64,000 nt of DNA, from positions 4,898,001-4,962,000 of the forward strand of contig JAYWIR010000005.1 of NCBI GenBank assembly GCA_036172245.1, read 5' to 3'. The translations under genes and the position numbers were made by a program. Source of the DNA: Raillietiella orientalis. Lineage: Eukaryota. Of the stretch, positions 26,368-38,209 are shown piece after piece. How positions within the stretch are numbered: the first letter of the stretch is position 1; each line of letters opens with the position of its first letter. The notes under the pieces were generated by a model. That model did not search any database, was not told where the DNA came from, and saw only the letters and a list, made by a program, of their open reading frames with translations.

Positions 26368-26676
26368 GGCGGATGCGATTTCCCGAAACGTGTCCTTGCT
26401 GCTCCGACGGACTGCGTGTGTGTGCCCGGAAGAAGAAACGCGGAAGCCTTTTCAGATGCCGATGCTTCCTCGCAAACGCGCGTAGAAACCTCGTGGATGA
26501 GAGGGGGCACGCGATCGATAAACTTTCGACACATGATGCGCTCTCCCCACTGCAAAATGCGGCTGCCTGGGGTCACATGTTCTCGAAATGGTGCAGTCTT
26601 CGCCGGCAAAAGGGGGAAGAGGACTCGTGAGGACCCGGTGGGAAACCGGCCAATTTCCCCTGTGCCACTCAAAATC
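26368..26676 (+). mobile_element. Possible decayed LINE AP-endonuclease fragment
   Basis: ORF 26305: GGCDFPKRVL (cf. GGDFN), TSWMRGGTRSINF (cf. TWxxxxxxSxIDY), GNRPISPVPLKI (cf. SDHxPI). Confidence 0.4.
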
Positions 26677-27263
26677 AAATCAGATCAAGACAAAGCAAAG
26701 AAAGAGCCTCCTTACTGACGTTGCAGTCCCCTCTTTGCAGTGCTTCGCGGGCGGAAGAACCCCTTTGACGAAAGATGGTTTTGAACGGAGCCGCGATGCA
26801 TCGCCTTTCTTGCAAGTGATACTCGTCGTGGTCTCATTGCAATGTCACTTTAAATCGGTCAGGGGAACCCGCATGCGGGCAATCCAGAATTAAGTGACGT
26901 AGTTCACAAGGTTCGTGCATTTTGCCTTCCGGCATTTCATCGTAGAGCAGACGTCTCCCCCTGACTTTCCCTCCCGATCATCTGGAAGCCGATAAACCAC
27001 CAAAACCAATAAGGGTAACTAAACCACCAGGACGTTTTTTTTTTTTTTTTTTTATTTCATTTTATTCTTCTTTCGAACTCGGACAGAAATTGGACATTTG
27101 GTTAGAGTAACGGATCATTTCAGCGCTTTTCCCACGTCTACGAAATGTCAACGCTCCCATCATCTGCCCTTTTTAGAGCATGGAGCAACGTCTTCAAAAT
27201 AAACACATGAATATTAGGGAGCTGAATTCCTGTCTGTTTTCGTGTCTTTTTTTTAAAAAAAAG

Positions 27264-27287
27264 TTTTTTTTTTTTTTTTTTTTTTTT
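27264..27287. repeat. T24 homopolymer, the longest A/T tract I noticed among many
   Basis: Read directly; other tracts include A14 at 2025-2038 and T19 at 27035-27053. Confidence 0.9.
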
Positions 27288-29931
27288 AATGAATTTCCTC
27301 GTTTCGCATCGTTATATATATACAGAAGTCCGTGAAAGTTTTTGCCATATGAGGAAGAACAGTCGAATTAACAATTTATTGGGGTCATTACGTCTGCTGG
27401 GATATTCAATATATCTTTCGGATAGCCCAAATCATCAAAAGGCATCGGTAAAAAGCATGCAGTTTCCCGTTCTAGAGATGATTGGAATTGCAGGTTCATC
27501 GTACCGAATATTCTGTCTATTTTAAGAATTTATAGCATTCTATCTCTTGAATGCCCTATGAACACGATCGCGGTGGCTGATTGTATCTTTTATACGATGC
27601 TCACATAACAATTTTTAGACTGCCAGACTCGCGAAATCAATGCCGCAAATATTCCTGATTAGGTAATAAATGTTATCGCCGTCTATGCAAACTTTTCCCA
27701 TGAAATCCTGTTGGTGCCTTATAGTGGGCTCTCTGCGTTCATATGATGGATTGAAGGCTTGGTTGCCTAGCTCCAACTTTACTCCAGACTCTGAATCGAT
27801 TATTCATCTCCAAGTTCGCAGAATGGATTAACCTCGTGTTTGTGGCTATCGTAGAAATGATAACACTGATGATAACAACGACTGTGAATGCCTATGATTG
27901 CTTTTTTTTTTTTTTTTTAAAAGAGAAAAACCAAAACGAAAGGGAGGGAATTCAAGGCAGTTGTTTGAGCTTGGGAGAACGTGCCAATGTTTTGCATAGC
28001 GATAAGTCACGATAAATGTCGCAGAAAGAGATTTGATCTCATTCAGTGCTTTGTTGGATGAAAATGCGAAACTTATCCCATGGACTTACATAGCATACAT
28101 AAAGCAGTTCATATTCACTGCGGGTATCACTGTCCTAGCTTAGAGGCAGATTTCAGAATGAGGAACTGAAAGGTTATAGCGAACCTCTCAAACCTTTCGA
28201 TTCTTTTCAGGACGCTCTTTTCAGCTCTTCTCTTTAGCATCTTGCAGATAGGTTAGGATTTGCTCAGAATAATTCCTGTTGACATTTCCATCACACGAGT
28301 CTGTTCTTGGCTCCACTCTTCGAAGATTCATACGTCGAGCTTGTAGGTCAATGTAGATCAGGTTCGAAGAGTACCATTCAATTAGAATGCGATCTCTTCT
28401 TGCTTTGAGTCTGGAGAGCTCTTCGTTCGTAATGTTCGTAGTTTCGTATTTGCGGGAGCGACACCACCCTGAAGTCTACGGGCTCCTATCTTCTCAACGT
28501 GCTTACGAGCTCTCTTAGCACATGAAATGTTTAAAGAAACGCCACGTTTCGTGAACTCTTCCTAATTGAGGACGCGACTGCCATTACTTCCTTGAAAAAC
28601 TTTCAAATCGAATTCAAAGTTATGCGAGGCTTGGCAATCAGATGCCGACTGAACTGGAGTTCGGTCCTTGGATAGAAGCAGTGAGCACGGTTAGCGGGGC
28701 ATGTCCTGAGCATCGTTACGCGAAACCCACTGTAGCTGCCTGGAGCGTCCCTCCAGAGCTAGGCACTTCTTTTGAGCTGCACAATAGTGTCCACCTTGTG
28801 GGTTTGCTAGCATCGTTTCCATGGAATCCGTCTAAACCTTTATGCAAGCTTAGTACTGGTCTATTATGTGCTTCTCTCTGTTTACGATGCATCACGAAAA
28901 TAATGGCCTCTGTCCTGGTGAGAGGGTGCTTTTCTGGGTAGCAACTGTGCCTGGATCGGCTGACCCATTTTTCGAGTGGGAAGAATGCTGACAATTATAA
29001 GCACGTACGCTTTCATTCAGGCCGACACAGAGATAGCTTTTGATAATCATTCTTTTGCATCCCATGTAATTAGCAATATGTGAGATGTAGTTTCAAGCCG
29101 CGCCTGATTTCCCGTCTGAAAGCTCATCGGTCCCTTTTTTTTTTTTTGTGTTGAGATCTTTCAATGTTTCATCGTTGTGCACGGTATCGAATCCTGTCGG
29201 TCCTTAACCAAAGACTTCGAGGCATTTCGCTTTTTGCTGGTCGCATGTGGAAGTTCATCCTTGCCAATCACTCATCAACAAGAATCCTTCCGTTTCATTC
29301 ATCGTCAGCCATCCCGTGAAGGCTTGAGATGGATGGGAAAATCCTGGGGTTCGTCTAAGAGACATTTCAGAGAAGAGCAATCAGAGTATGCAGATGTGTC
29401 ACGTGCCACAGCGAAGTTCATCTTCCGGGTTGGGGGACGTGACATATTCGCTTCTGAGAATCGCGCACTTTCATTCCATTCCCTCTCTGCGTTTGAGGAT
29501 CAGCAATGGATGTAGAAATAAACACTTGATCTCGGTCATGAGAAGATTTTGATCCCGTTTTCACAAGCGAATTTCTTTTGTCTTCGGAAATTTTGGCACG
29601 AGTTCCCGACCTGAGCACGCTCGCCGCGGAAGCGAAGAGCGTGCTCAGGTCAGACGGGTTAGCTGCGCGTCCTTCGGCGCGGTGATGATGGTCATGGGCT
29701 TGGCACGGGTAGCGCACGGATTCGTGCCCTTGAAGAAGTCGACCAAACAGACCGAATGGCTTTTTTGCAAGCACTTCGGACCTTGAAAACGAGAACTCGT
29801 CTTGAAATCCCGGTGCTGTTTTGCGTAACAGGCGCTGGAAAGGGCAGGATCAACAGCTTCCTGCTCTTCCGGCAAGCCACTTGGACCTCTCGTAAAGCCG
29901 CTGCCCCTGGTCACTAACGATGGGTCTCGGT

Positions 29932-30088
29932 AGCTCATTGCGAGTCTCCTTGGTTCCTAAGCACCCGCGCCTTCAGCTGCGAGTATCTTTGGTCTTTCAT
30001 TCTTGCACGAAGTTAGCTTCACGGGTATCTTTGGTCCTCGTTCGCGACCAAAGATTCTTTCAGCTTCAGGTATTTTGGTTCTGATTCT
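29932..30088. repeat. Degenerate minisatellite, 4 units of about 40-47 bp
   Basis: Units start AGCT at 29932, 29975, 30015 and 30062 and share a core like G(A/G)GTATCTTTGGT. Confidence 0.65.
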
Positions 30089-30771
30089 GTTGATCCCCTA
30101 TCGGGAGGGTGAATTTCTCGAATGCTTTCAGTGCTCTTAGCGCCTTGGGGGTGAGACCGAAGGTATCATGTTGAAAGCGTCTCTTTTCCTCCATCCCGAC
30201 GACGCAACGTACTATCATCCTTCATTAGGAATCGACTCCACTGCATTTAAAGTTGAGGGAAAAAACGACCGCCACCCTTCCATCGTCGTGGAGACAGTGC
30301 TGCCCCGTACTTCAACATTACGCTGCATCGACGTTAATCGTTCAAAACCAGGCGATTCTTTTCGCGGTCAGCTAAGCGCATCGTAGGCACGGCCTAGTGA
30401 ATCGGCCTCGGTGCTCGCGTAGGGGGTGGAAGACTTGAAAATCAGGCTGGTCTCCTTCTTCTCTTCGCTGCCGTAAGCGACCTCCCTTTCGAAACTTTGA
30501 AGTTGGCTTTCATCTGCATGGAGAGTAGCAAAAAAAAAAAAAAGCATTGGCCCGTAGGAGGGAAAACGGGATGTGGCAGATGGCCCATGTAAATGTGATC
30601 TCTAGGCAGATTTCTTTTCAGGAGGAATCCTTGATGATTTTACACCACGAGCTTAGCTCAACGGCTTATCATGCTTTGGAATTTTTGAAGAGCATTTCCA
30701 CTTGCGAGGAGCATCTCAAAAGTAAGGGGCGATCAGATATAAAGAAAGAAAAAATAGGAGGAACAAAAATG

Positions 30772-31076
30772 TACGAGTGGTTCGAAACACATACGCCCCC
30801 ATATCCTTTTCTTACGCAGTGAACATTTTTTCACCGTGGAACGAGCTTTTTGAAACCCTCTGCATAAAATTCCGCTGCCTGGGAGTTCAGCCACTTCAGC
30901 AGCACTGCAGTTTTCAACTCCTCCCTTTCCCCCTCGAATCGTCGTGCCACTTCTTGAGGTGCGGGAAGGAAGACGTGGTAGTCGCTGGGCGCGGGGCAGG
31001 ACTGTAAGGTGGGTGATTAAAAAGTTCCCATTTGAATTTCCGGATTGCCTTCAACGTGCGGACAGCACCGTGTGGG
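30772..31076 (-). mobile_element. Mariner (Tc1/mariner, DD34D) transposase remnant: C-terminal part plus probable terminal inverted repeat
   Basis: The minus strand reads RKFKWELFNHPPYSP-APSDYHVF-PHLKKW...ELKTAVLLKWLNSQAAEFYAEGFKKLVPR*, a typical mariner C-terminus. TACGAGTGGTTCGAAA at 30772 resembles TA-CGAG-type mariner termini. Confidence 0.92.
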
Positions 31077-31387
31077 ACCAAAGAGTGTGTGCTTTTGGTG
31101 GACTTTCTGGAGCCTGGAACAACCGTCACTTTGCAAGGCTTCTGCACGACCCTTTCAAAACAGCGGCGTGCCATTCAGCAGAACCGACGACGTGGATGAT
31201 GCTGAGATCAGGAATTGTCCTCCTTCACGGCAACGCGCGCCCACACACTGCTGCCCGGACATTCCAGACAACTCGGAAATTCGAATGGGAACTTTTTAAT
31301 TACCCACCTTACAGTCCTGACCCGCGCCCAGCGACTACCACGTCTTCCTTCCCGCACCTCCGGAAGTGGCTTGCATCTCAACGTTTC
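31070..31387 (+). mobile_element. Mariner transposase remnant, catalytic core (pseudogene)
   Basis: Across frameshifts: VWD-CVLLVDFLEPGTTVTLQGFCTTLSKQRRAIQQNRRRG-MLRSGIVLLHGNARPHTAART...KFEWELFNYPPYSPD-APSDYHVF-PHLRKWLASQRF. The HDNA Asp is mutated to Gly. Confidence 0.95.
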
Positions 31388-32369
31388 CTTCATCTTTTCG
31401 AGAGAAAAAAAAAAAAGTGCAACATCGTACTTGCAGATGTGGCAAACTGCTTTGGCCGAAGATGTTTGGGAAGTGAGATAAATGTTTAGTTAGAGGACGA
31501 AGGGATTGTGCACCCCATGTGTGGGTGGTAAAACACGTACGAGGGCTCTTTTGACCTGCAGCTTGCATAATTCCAACCAGAAAAAAAATAGTCATTTGAA
31601 GACCTATGGGATTGGTTCTATGGGGCAATTCTTGTTCGGAACGAGGTTCATGCAGTCGGCATGATCACTATGGGAAAGTCAGATTCTCGATTTTGACCCA
31701 GATTGAATCTGAATGTTAAAAAAAAAAAAAGAGGAAAAACATCAACTTACAAGCCCACTGGGAGATATCATCTTCATCCATTTATTCTTCGAAAGCTTGT
31801 TCCCTCCCACGGACACACTTCAATCAAATGAAGCTTCTAAAGCGCTTATTTAGAAGTGCCACAGGAGATTTCGATGTAGATCATTGATTTCTATCTGCTT
31901 TTTCTACGGATTTCTGTTTGCTCCTTGGTTTTCCATAGGGTTGGAATTCATTGAGGCCCATTAGAGAATCCAGGATTACTGCTTCCTCCTCTCTAGCAAG
32001 GAGCAGGGAATGGCACTGTTTTGTTAAAAAATGGGCATTGCAACGAGAGGATGAAAGAGAGAGGGAATTTCCAGTACGGCGGGGAATTCGAGAAACCAGT
32101 GGAGCTATTCAGTTTCCCCGCATCCCACGGATTTGGAAACACAAAACTCGAAAATTCTGGAAAGGAAACTTCCCAGAGATCAATCCGTGCTACTTGGAAG
32201 GAGAGTATTATAATTCATCCTTCGACCTCTTCGTGAGGGGATGATTCCAGACGTTCATTCTTCTGCAAAAGTAAGTATGACATGACATTCGTTGGTAAGG
32301 AGACATGCGTGGTGACGCAAGCAAATCATCGTTCGGGTAAAATACATCTTTGCAAGTTGAGGTTTCGTG

Positions 32370-32990
32370 ACGGTGGGACTTGCAGTGGCATACATTGAAG
32401 CTGACCGTGGTAAATGGCCCGGGAGTGCCAACATTTCTGTGCAAGGGTTGGTTTCCCCTGCGCGAATTTCTCTGCCGTCACGGCCAGTTCTTGTCGGAAA
32501 GCAGATAGCCGGGAAAAGTGAACCACAAGTACACGCTGGTCGCGTCGGAGGATCCTTCTCGAAGGATCCTTTCCACCGACTGAGACCCAACCCATCTGGT
32601 CAACAACCGGAATTTTCAATCAAGGGAGGAGGAGAAGAGTGACACAGGCAAGGAGGGATCTCGTTCCGGAGAGGGAGTTTTCTGCCTACTCTCTGGTAAC
32701 TGGCTGTAAAATTGGACGACCGTGCTACGGGGAAATTTTCTGGATCTATCGAGGGTCTCGACCTTGCCAAAGGAAGGAAAGGGAAAATACATCAAGAGGA
32801 AAGTACCAACTTAGTTGATGAAGCTCATGAATACCTCCGGCCAGCAAGTGTTGACTTAATCCTGTCTGGAGTCCAGGTCCACGGAATGGAGTTTGTCGAT
32901 GTGACTGATTGCACGGGGTCTCTTGACAAGTGGGTGCCAGCGTTGGGGACTTCAGGAAAAGCTGCAGTAAGAATGTTTGGTGAGATGAGA
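32370..32990 (+). mobile_element. Decayed LINE RT (domains 0-5)
   Basis: RGKWPGSANISVQGL (cf. GKAPGxDNIxxExL); SKDPFHRLRPN (cf. KDPxNYRPI); GLDLAKGRKGKIH (32754, cf. LDLAKAFDxIxH); DKWVPALG (32925, cf. GVPQG...LG); VRMFGE (cf. MFADD). Confidence 0.6.
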
Positions 32991-34092
32991 GATTTTCGAT
33001 GGTGGAGGGCAATCATCATGGTTTACTGGAATCATTATTCCAGTGTGTGTTTCTTGGGTATGGACCGCATAGAAAATTCATTGCGTCGTATAATGAGGTC
33101 AGCTAAAAGACGGGATGCCTCATCAAACTCTCATTACGCGAGATAAATTGCATTATGATATTTGTGTAGAAGAAAGTTGGAAATGGATCCTGCCCGATAC
33201 AACGCGGATTTTTTTCCTGTTTATGTGCGAAGGCCTATACAAGTGTTACAGCTGTATACTACAGTAACTGTAATACACATTACAGTTCCTGCCAGGTGTG
33301 TAAATGTGGAATTCTCAGGTACGCGTGGACGCTGCTTTGATGAATCCAGTTTCCAATTTCGCCGAGATTCACTACAGATGGGTACATTAAATAAATAACT
33401 GTTCATGTAGTATGACTGTTATGAGTTAATTAGGGAACAGTACATAGGCACAGATAAAGCCAACTACGAACGATTATAAAAAGGAAATGCAATCCAAGTG
33501 AATTTCATCATTATATCCTGGGAACGACTGTGTCTTTCATATGCGCACAGAAACAGAAAGTCCTTTAAAGAAATTCCCTGAAGTTACTGTCCTTCATTCC
33601 CGAATGATTCCCGGAAGAAGGAATCATCCGTGACTTTTCCATCTGATCACGAAGATGACATGTGGTCATGCATCTGATGACGTTTGGTATTTTTCTCACC
33701 TAATTCTGCTTATGATCTCTACCCGTGTGTGCTTCTCGTGGTACCATCCGGGCTTCCCGTTCCTGCTCCGGCTTCACCGGGAACGTCGTATTGCTGTCCC
33801 CCTCCCCCCCCCCTTTCTTGTTCTGCCGCTTCGCTCCTTTCTTGCTCCGTCCTGAGCCGTCTGTGTCTCGAGATGGACAAGAAGTGAAACGTACTGTTTC
33901 CCTTGCAAGCCTTGTTGTTTACTTTTGCACCGTCGATGGACAAAAAAAAAAAAATTCGATGGGGATGCCATCCACGGCCAGCGGACAGCTCTCAGTCGAA
34001 ACAGCTTGACAGCCGATCTGCGTTATTCGATTGCTGTTTCTTTTTTTTTTTTTTTTCTATCAATCAAACTCCAACAGCATTGTCCCCTCGGA

Positions 34093-34263
34093 ATGACATC
34101 GGGAGATCCTGGTGGATTCTCCGACTCCGGGTGCCAGTTCACAAGGGACTCGTTCCCCGCTAGCGGAGATGGCCGCGAAGGTGGTACAGCGTTGCAAAAG
34201 TCGGTTGAAGCCAGAATTATAGGCTCGAAGCGCTCCATCGGACTGATTTCTAATCTGGCGGAG
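34093..34263 (+). mobile_element. Possible decayed LINE RT fragment (domains 4-6)
   Basis: MTSGDPGG (cf. VTSGVPQG), TALQKSVE and GLISNLAE (cf. GLxxNxxK) in ORF 33925. Confidence 0.35.
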
Positions 34264-34622
34264 GTCCCCAAATTTTCCATCGAGGCATTTTCATCCTCTC
34301 TTCAGTACGCTGAAATCCCCTTCTATCCCCAGAACGTCCACAAGTGATTCCTATGTCATCGCGCAAGGCAAGCAGTGACCACCGACCCCACCACGGGGTA
34401 TTTCGATTTCCATTTTCTCTTGCGGGACGTCAAACGGGATCTCGTGGACCATCTGGTCAGATCTGTTTCGATCTGCACGAACGCTGTCGAGTGATCCGCT
34501 GATTTGAAGAATTTAAAGATGATGAATTGCATGCGAGACGAAGCGTTTAATTTCAATTCCTTTTCCAGGACGCGCAAGTTTGGATCGCAGAAAGGAATAA
34601 TACCAGTCGCCTAGAAAATAGG

Positions 34623-34670
34623 GAAGAGATGACCGTACCATCGCACCCTGTTGTCTTCATCGATTAGGTA
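34623..34670 (-). mobile_element. Short fragment of an RTE-like LINE C-terminal motif
   Basis: YLIDEDNRVRWYGHLF (cf. IxxxRLRWxGHV). Single motif only. Confidence 0.4.
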
Positions 34671-36085
34671 TGTGCTTGTTCGAAGCCGAGACTCAAACAT
34701 GATGACTGAATGGTCAACTCTGAGCGTGGCGAACGATCCCATTGCAATTAACCTTTCCATGGTTGCACGGTCTGGCTCATGGTGCTGAAAAGAGTTGGTC
34801 CCCTTTCGCGCGCAGCTCCCTTCCGCACGGGTTCCCAAGGCAGCTCTTAAGATCTTATCCACTTAAGACCTCGACTTGTGAGCTTCGGCGAAACGCAACT
34901 TTGATCTATCCGGCATCCCGTTCGAGAGCGGCTCAAGAGCTCTTTCGAGTGGTACTCCCGTTGCTCGACATGCAGAAGTCACAATCCAATTGCGGAATCT
35001 ACCAAGCGACTGCAGAAAGTTTCGACCGTTCTTGCAGGCGTGCCAGTGCTAGCAACCAGCTGCAATAAATAAGCGCGTACATAGTTTCCTGATGTAAAAA
35101 CAGGAGTCATGCCCGTTTGCGAAGTGCATGTGGGAAATGCAGGTTTTCACGCTTCTGTCGGCATGAAAGATAAAAAATAAATAAATAAATTTCAAACCTG
35201 TAAGCTGAACTCCCATTTGTTGCAGCTGCAGAGCTTCAGCAAATTTAATTTCCTCTGCTTGCAAGCGGAGGCTTCCTGGGTGAATTTCTTTATCTCAGCT
35301 CGTAAATCGATCGAGTCCCCACGAAAATCTTTTCGGGATCCGCGCTTCACGGGTACCGGGAAATTCGCTTCCCAAACGCGAAGCCAAACAAACGGTCCCA
35401 ATTAAAAACGAGAATCGAAAAGCAGTCAAAGCTGTGCGTCTCCTCACCGGATGTGGACTCTTGGCATCGTCTTCGAGGGCGCGAGCGTTGCGGAAAACGA
35501 TCCGCAGAGAGAGATTCAGCCACGATTTGCCGGTCCACGAGCGAAGCGCATCCCCGAGGCTGTCCCTCTCCCGAGAGACAATTCTGAGGGTCACTGTTGC
35601 ATGCTGTGGTCCGCTGCGAAGCGTTCCATCAGATCGATGCATCGCGACAAGCGACAGCGCTCCCTTTTTTTTCTTGCACCCTTTCCTTGTCTGCCACGGC
35701 GCCGCTGCTTTACGGTGCCAGCGGCCTTCGTGCAGTCGGCCTGCTTCCCGTTGACATCCGGAAACCCTCCATGCAACCCCTGAGGGGAAGCCGATGCAAT
35801 CCAGAAGTGCCTTCCCTTAGATGGCCACAGGCAGTTCGGCTTTATTTCCGAGAAATCGCATCTGAAGATTCCTGGTCAGACGTGGTGCTGGCATCTGTGC
35901 TGGCTTCCGGGTTCCTGCGCCACGATTGCGCTGCTCGTCCCTCGCACCCCCTCTCTTTCTCCCAGCTGTTCCTCAGAGGTCCGAATGCTTCCCTGCCCCT
36001 CAGTTCTCTGAGGAAGCGCAATGTACGCGCGCGCAGATCAAGTGCGTGCTCGTCGCGCGGGAAAGGCAGAGGCGGCGTTGCCCGC

Positions 36086-36225
36086 GCGGGCCGACGTTTG
36101 AATTTGCCGAGTGCAGGGTGCACTTTCGAAAAGGGAAAATCGGGAGAAATGTCGCGCCACGGTGCGAATGTCAATAATGGTAGGACGAGCGCTTCCCTGG
36201 ACATCCTGTTGAGAAGTGCTCTTCT
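36086..36225 (+). mobile_element. Decayed LINE AP-endonuclease fragment, possibly the same element as 36913-38209
   Basis: AGRRLNLP (cf. AGDFNLP), NVNNGRT (cf. LNxGxPT) and SASLDILLRSALL (cf. SxLDLxLxS) in ORF 35597. Confidence 0.45.
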
Positions 36226-36912
36226 CCGTTCCCGAGTATTCTTCGCGGATAATCAGACCGTGAAAGTCAATTATCCCGCTCGGCACCACGAGGAAGTTCA
36301 TCAGGCATCCGCCTCACGCACCGGGAAAAATCTGAGCGGCCTCACCGGGAGCCCGAGAGCAGGTTTCCGCTTGGAAGTCGGCTCTCCAAACCCGTACCGC
36401 TCCTTGATTCTCAGCCTCCGCGCCGCGCGTGTGATCCCTTGGCCGAAGATGGAGGCCGTTGCCTCCCATCGACGGCCTCCGAGACTACCGGAGGAAGGAA
36501 TAGGCCGTCAGTGCCTATGCCTTCCTCCGCTCAGCTCCGAGGGCGAACCTTGTCTCCTCGAGAGGGCAACTCCCAAGGCCCTTCCCTCTCCCTTCCCGCT
36601 CGGGGATGGATTCTAACTTAGCTTGCCCACGGACCAACCACAAGGAGTCGGAGGCCACAAGGAGGGCCACTCCTCGATCTTGCCGCCGGTCCTGAAAGGC
36701 ACGTCGGGCCGGCGCGCGCTCGAGAGCCGCAAACGCATGCGTCCGGGATCGCTGCGCGCAATCCCAGGACGGCAGCTCCTTCGCACGCCTCCTTGTTTCG
36801 GTCGCTTTCCCAATGGGTAGGCAGTCATCATGCGAGTGAAAGGCACGATGCATCCCCATTTTTCAGCGCGCCACCTTCATTCGAGAGGCATCGTACGAAG
36901 ACATCTGCGGCA

Positions 36913-38209
36913 GTCACCAAGGTGATTTCCGCACCTGCAGGAGAAGAACCCTTTCAGCCACCGCGTGCGGGCAACGGTGTGGCTGCTCTTCGCACCGAGA
37001 ACCACAAGATCCTGAAGAATCCACTTCGAGGAGGGCGAAATCTCGGGGTGGGGTGGGGACACGGGCGGAGGGCACGAGTCGCTGCTTTGGTTTATCACCT
37101 GGTCACGCCAGGGCGTTTATTATAAAAATAATGAACATAAACGTGTGGGACCATCGGCCCTAGATCGTCCGAAAGCGTTCAGAACCTGCCGTGTAACCGG
37201 TACGCAGACCGGCAAGGTTCGCCTCGGCAGCGGAGGGCGAAGGGGAAAGCAAAAATAAAATAAATAAAAGAAAGGCCCGTACGTGGCCGGGAAGGGATGG
37301 CTGTCTGCAGGAGGGTGTCCTCTGCATCCTTTGCAGGATGCCGCCAAGTTCCACCCGTGTATGGCCCCAGGTGGAGCCATCTTGCTTCCGTCCGCATGAA
37401 GCTCAGGGCGAAGCAGATGGCGTCCTTTCGCGCCGTCCTCCTCTCACGTGGCTCCAGGACGACGCAATCTCGCGTAGGCAGCAAAGAGCTGCTGGGGGTG
37501 CGCCAGGCGAAAGGGCATCGCGCACGAAGAGGCGCTTCATCACGTCTCTGGGATTGTCCGTCGGTGGTTCAAGGTTCGTTGCGTAACGCAACCACAGGGG
37601 CTGGAGGGCAACACAGTGTACAAACAGGTGGGAGAGCTGGAATTCCCGTTCCCGCACCTGCAGCAGTTTGGGTCCACCGCTCTCCCCGGTGAGACCGGAG
37701 AGCGTTGCACGGGAAACCCCAGTGCAACAGCAGAAGTGTCGACTCGTGCCACTTCAGGGGGGGGGAGCAGTTGTTCTTCAGTGCTGAGGGCCACTCGAAG
37801 TCTTCCTGTAGGATTCCCAGCAGCTCACCCCAGTGCAATGGTCCTTTCGGTGGGGCACTTGGGGTCGCAGCGTTCCGTGAGCTGGCCTGTGGTTCAACCA
37901 CCTAATTCCTTCGCTCTTCCACCGATCTCACATTGGACCTCCCATTTGGCCGGCTGGTTACTGACCAGATACTCCCTGACGGAGGGCAGTGCCGTGGCTA
38001 GGGAGGTTTTTTCCCGCCCATGCACACGTGGTGGGCTGCACGATGACGTCCTGTAGGAGTGGTTGTTGTAGAAGGAGTGCAGCCGTCTCTGTCGCATCTC
38101 CGGGCTTTGGCGGCATGGCAGGGAGGAGGAGGGAGTGGATGCCGCCTGTCACCGACTACCAAAAGGATTTCACTGCACCACCTCTCTTTCATGCCGCTGC
38201 TCAGTGTGG
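36913..38209 (+). mobile_element. Decayed LINE RT (domains 1-7 and thumb)
   Basis: VTKVISAP...PPRAGNGVAALRTENHKILKN (cf. KVIxIPK...PxxYRPISLL...KILE); VYGPRWSHL...MKL; LGVRQA (37495); GLSVGGSRFVA; PHLQQ; GNPSAT (cf. NPSKT); GHLGS (37853); LSCRCSVW (to 38209, cf. LxYxxxVW). Confidence 0.5.

Noticed and set aside
29932..30088. CRISPR array
   Set aside because: The repeats are degenerate and irregular, there are no cas genes, and the context is eukaryotic.
31538..31555. TACGAGGGCTC as the second mariner TIR
   Set aside because: Same orientation as the 30772 terminus-like sequence rather than inverted, and the match is short.
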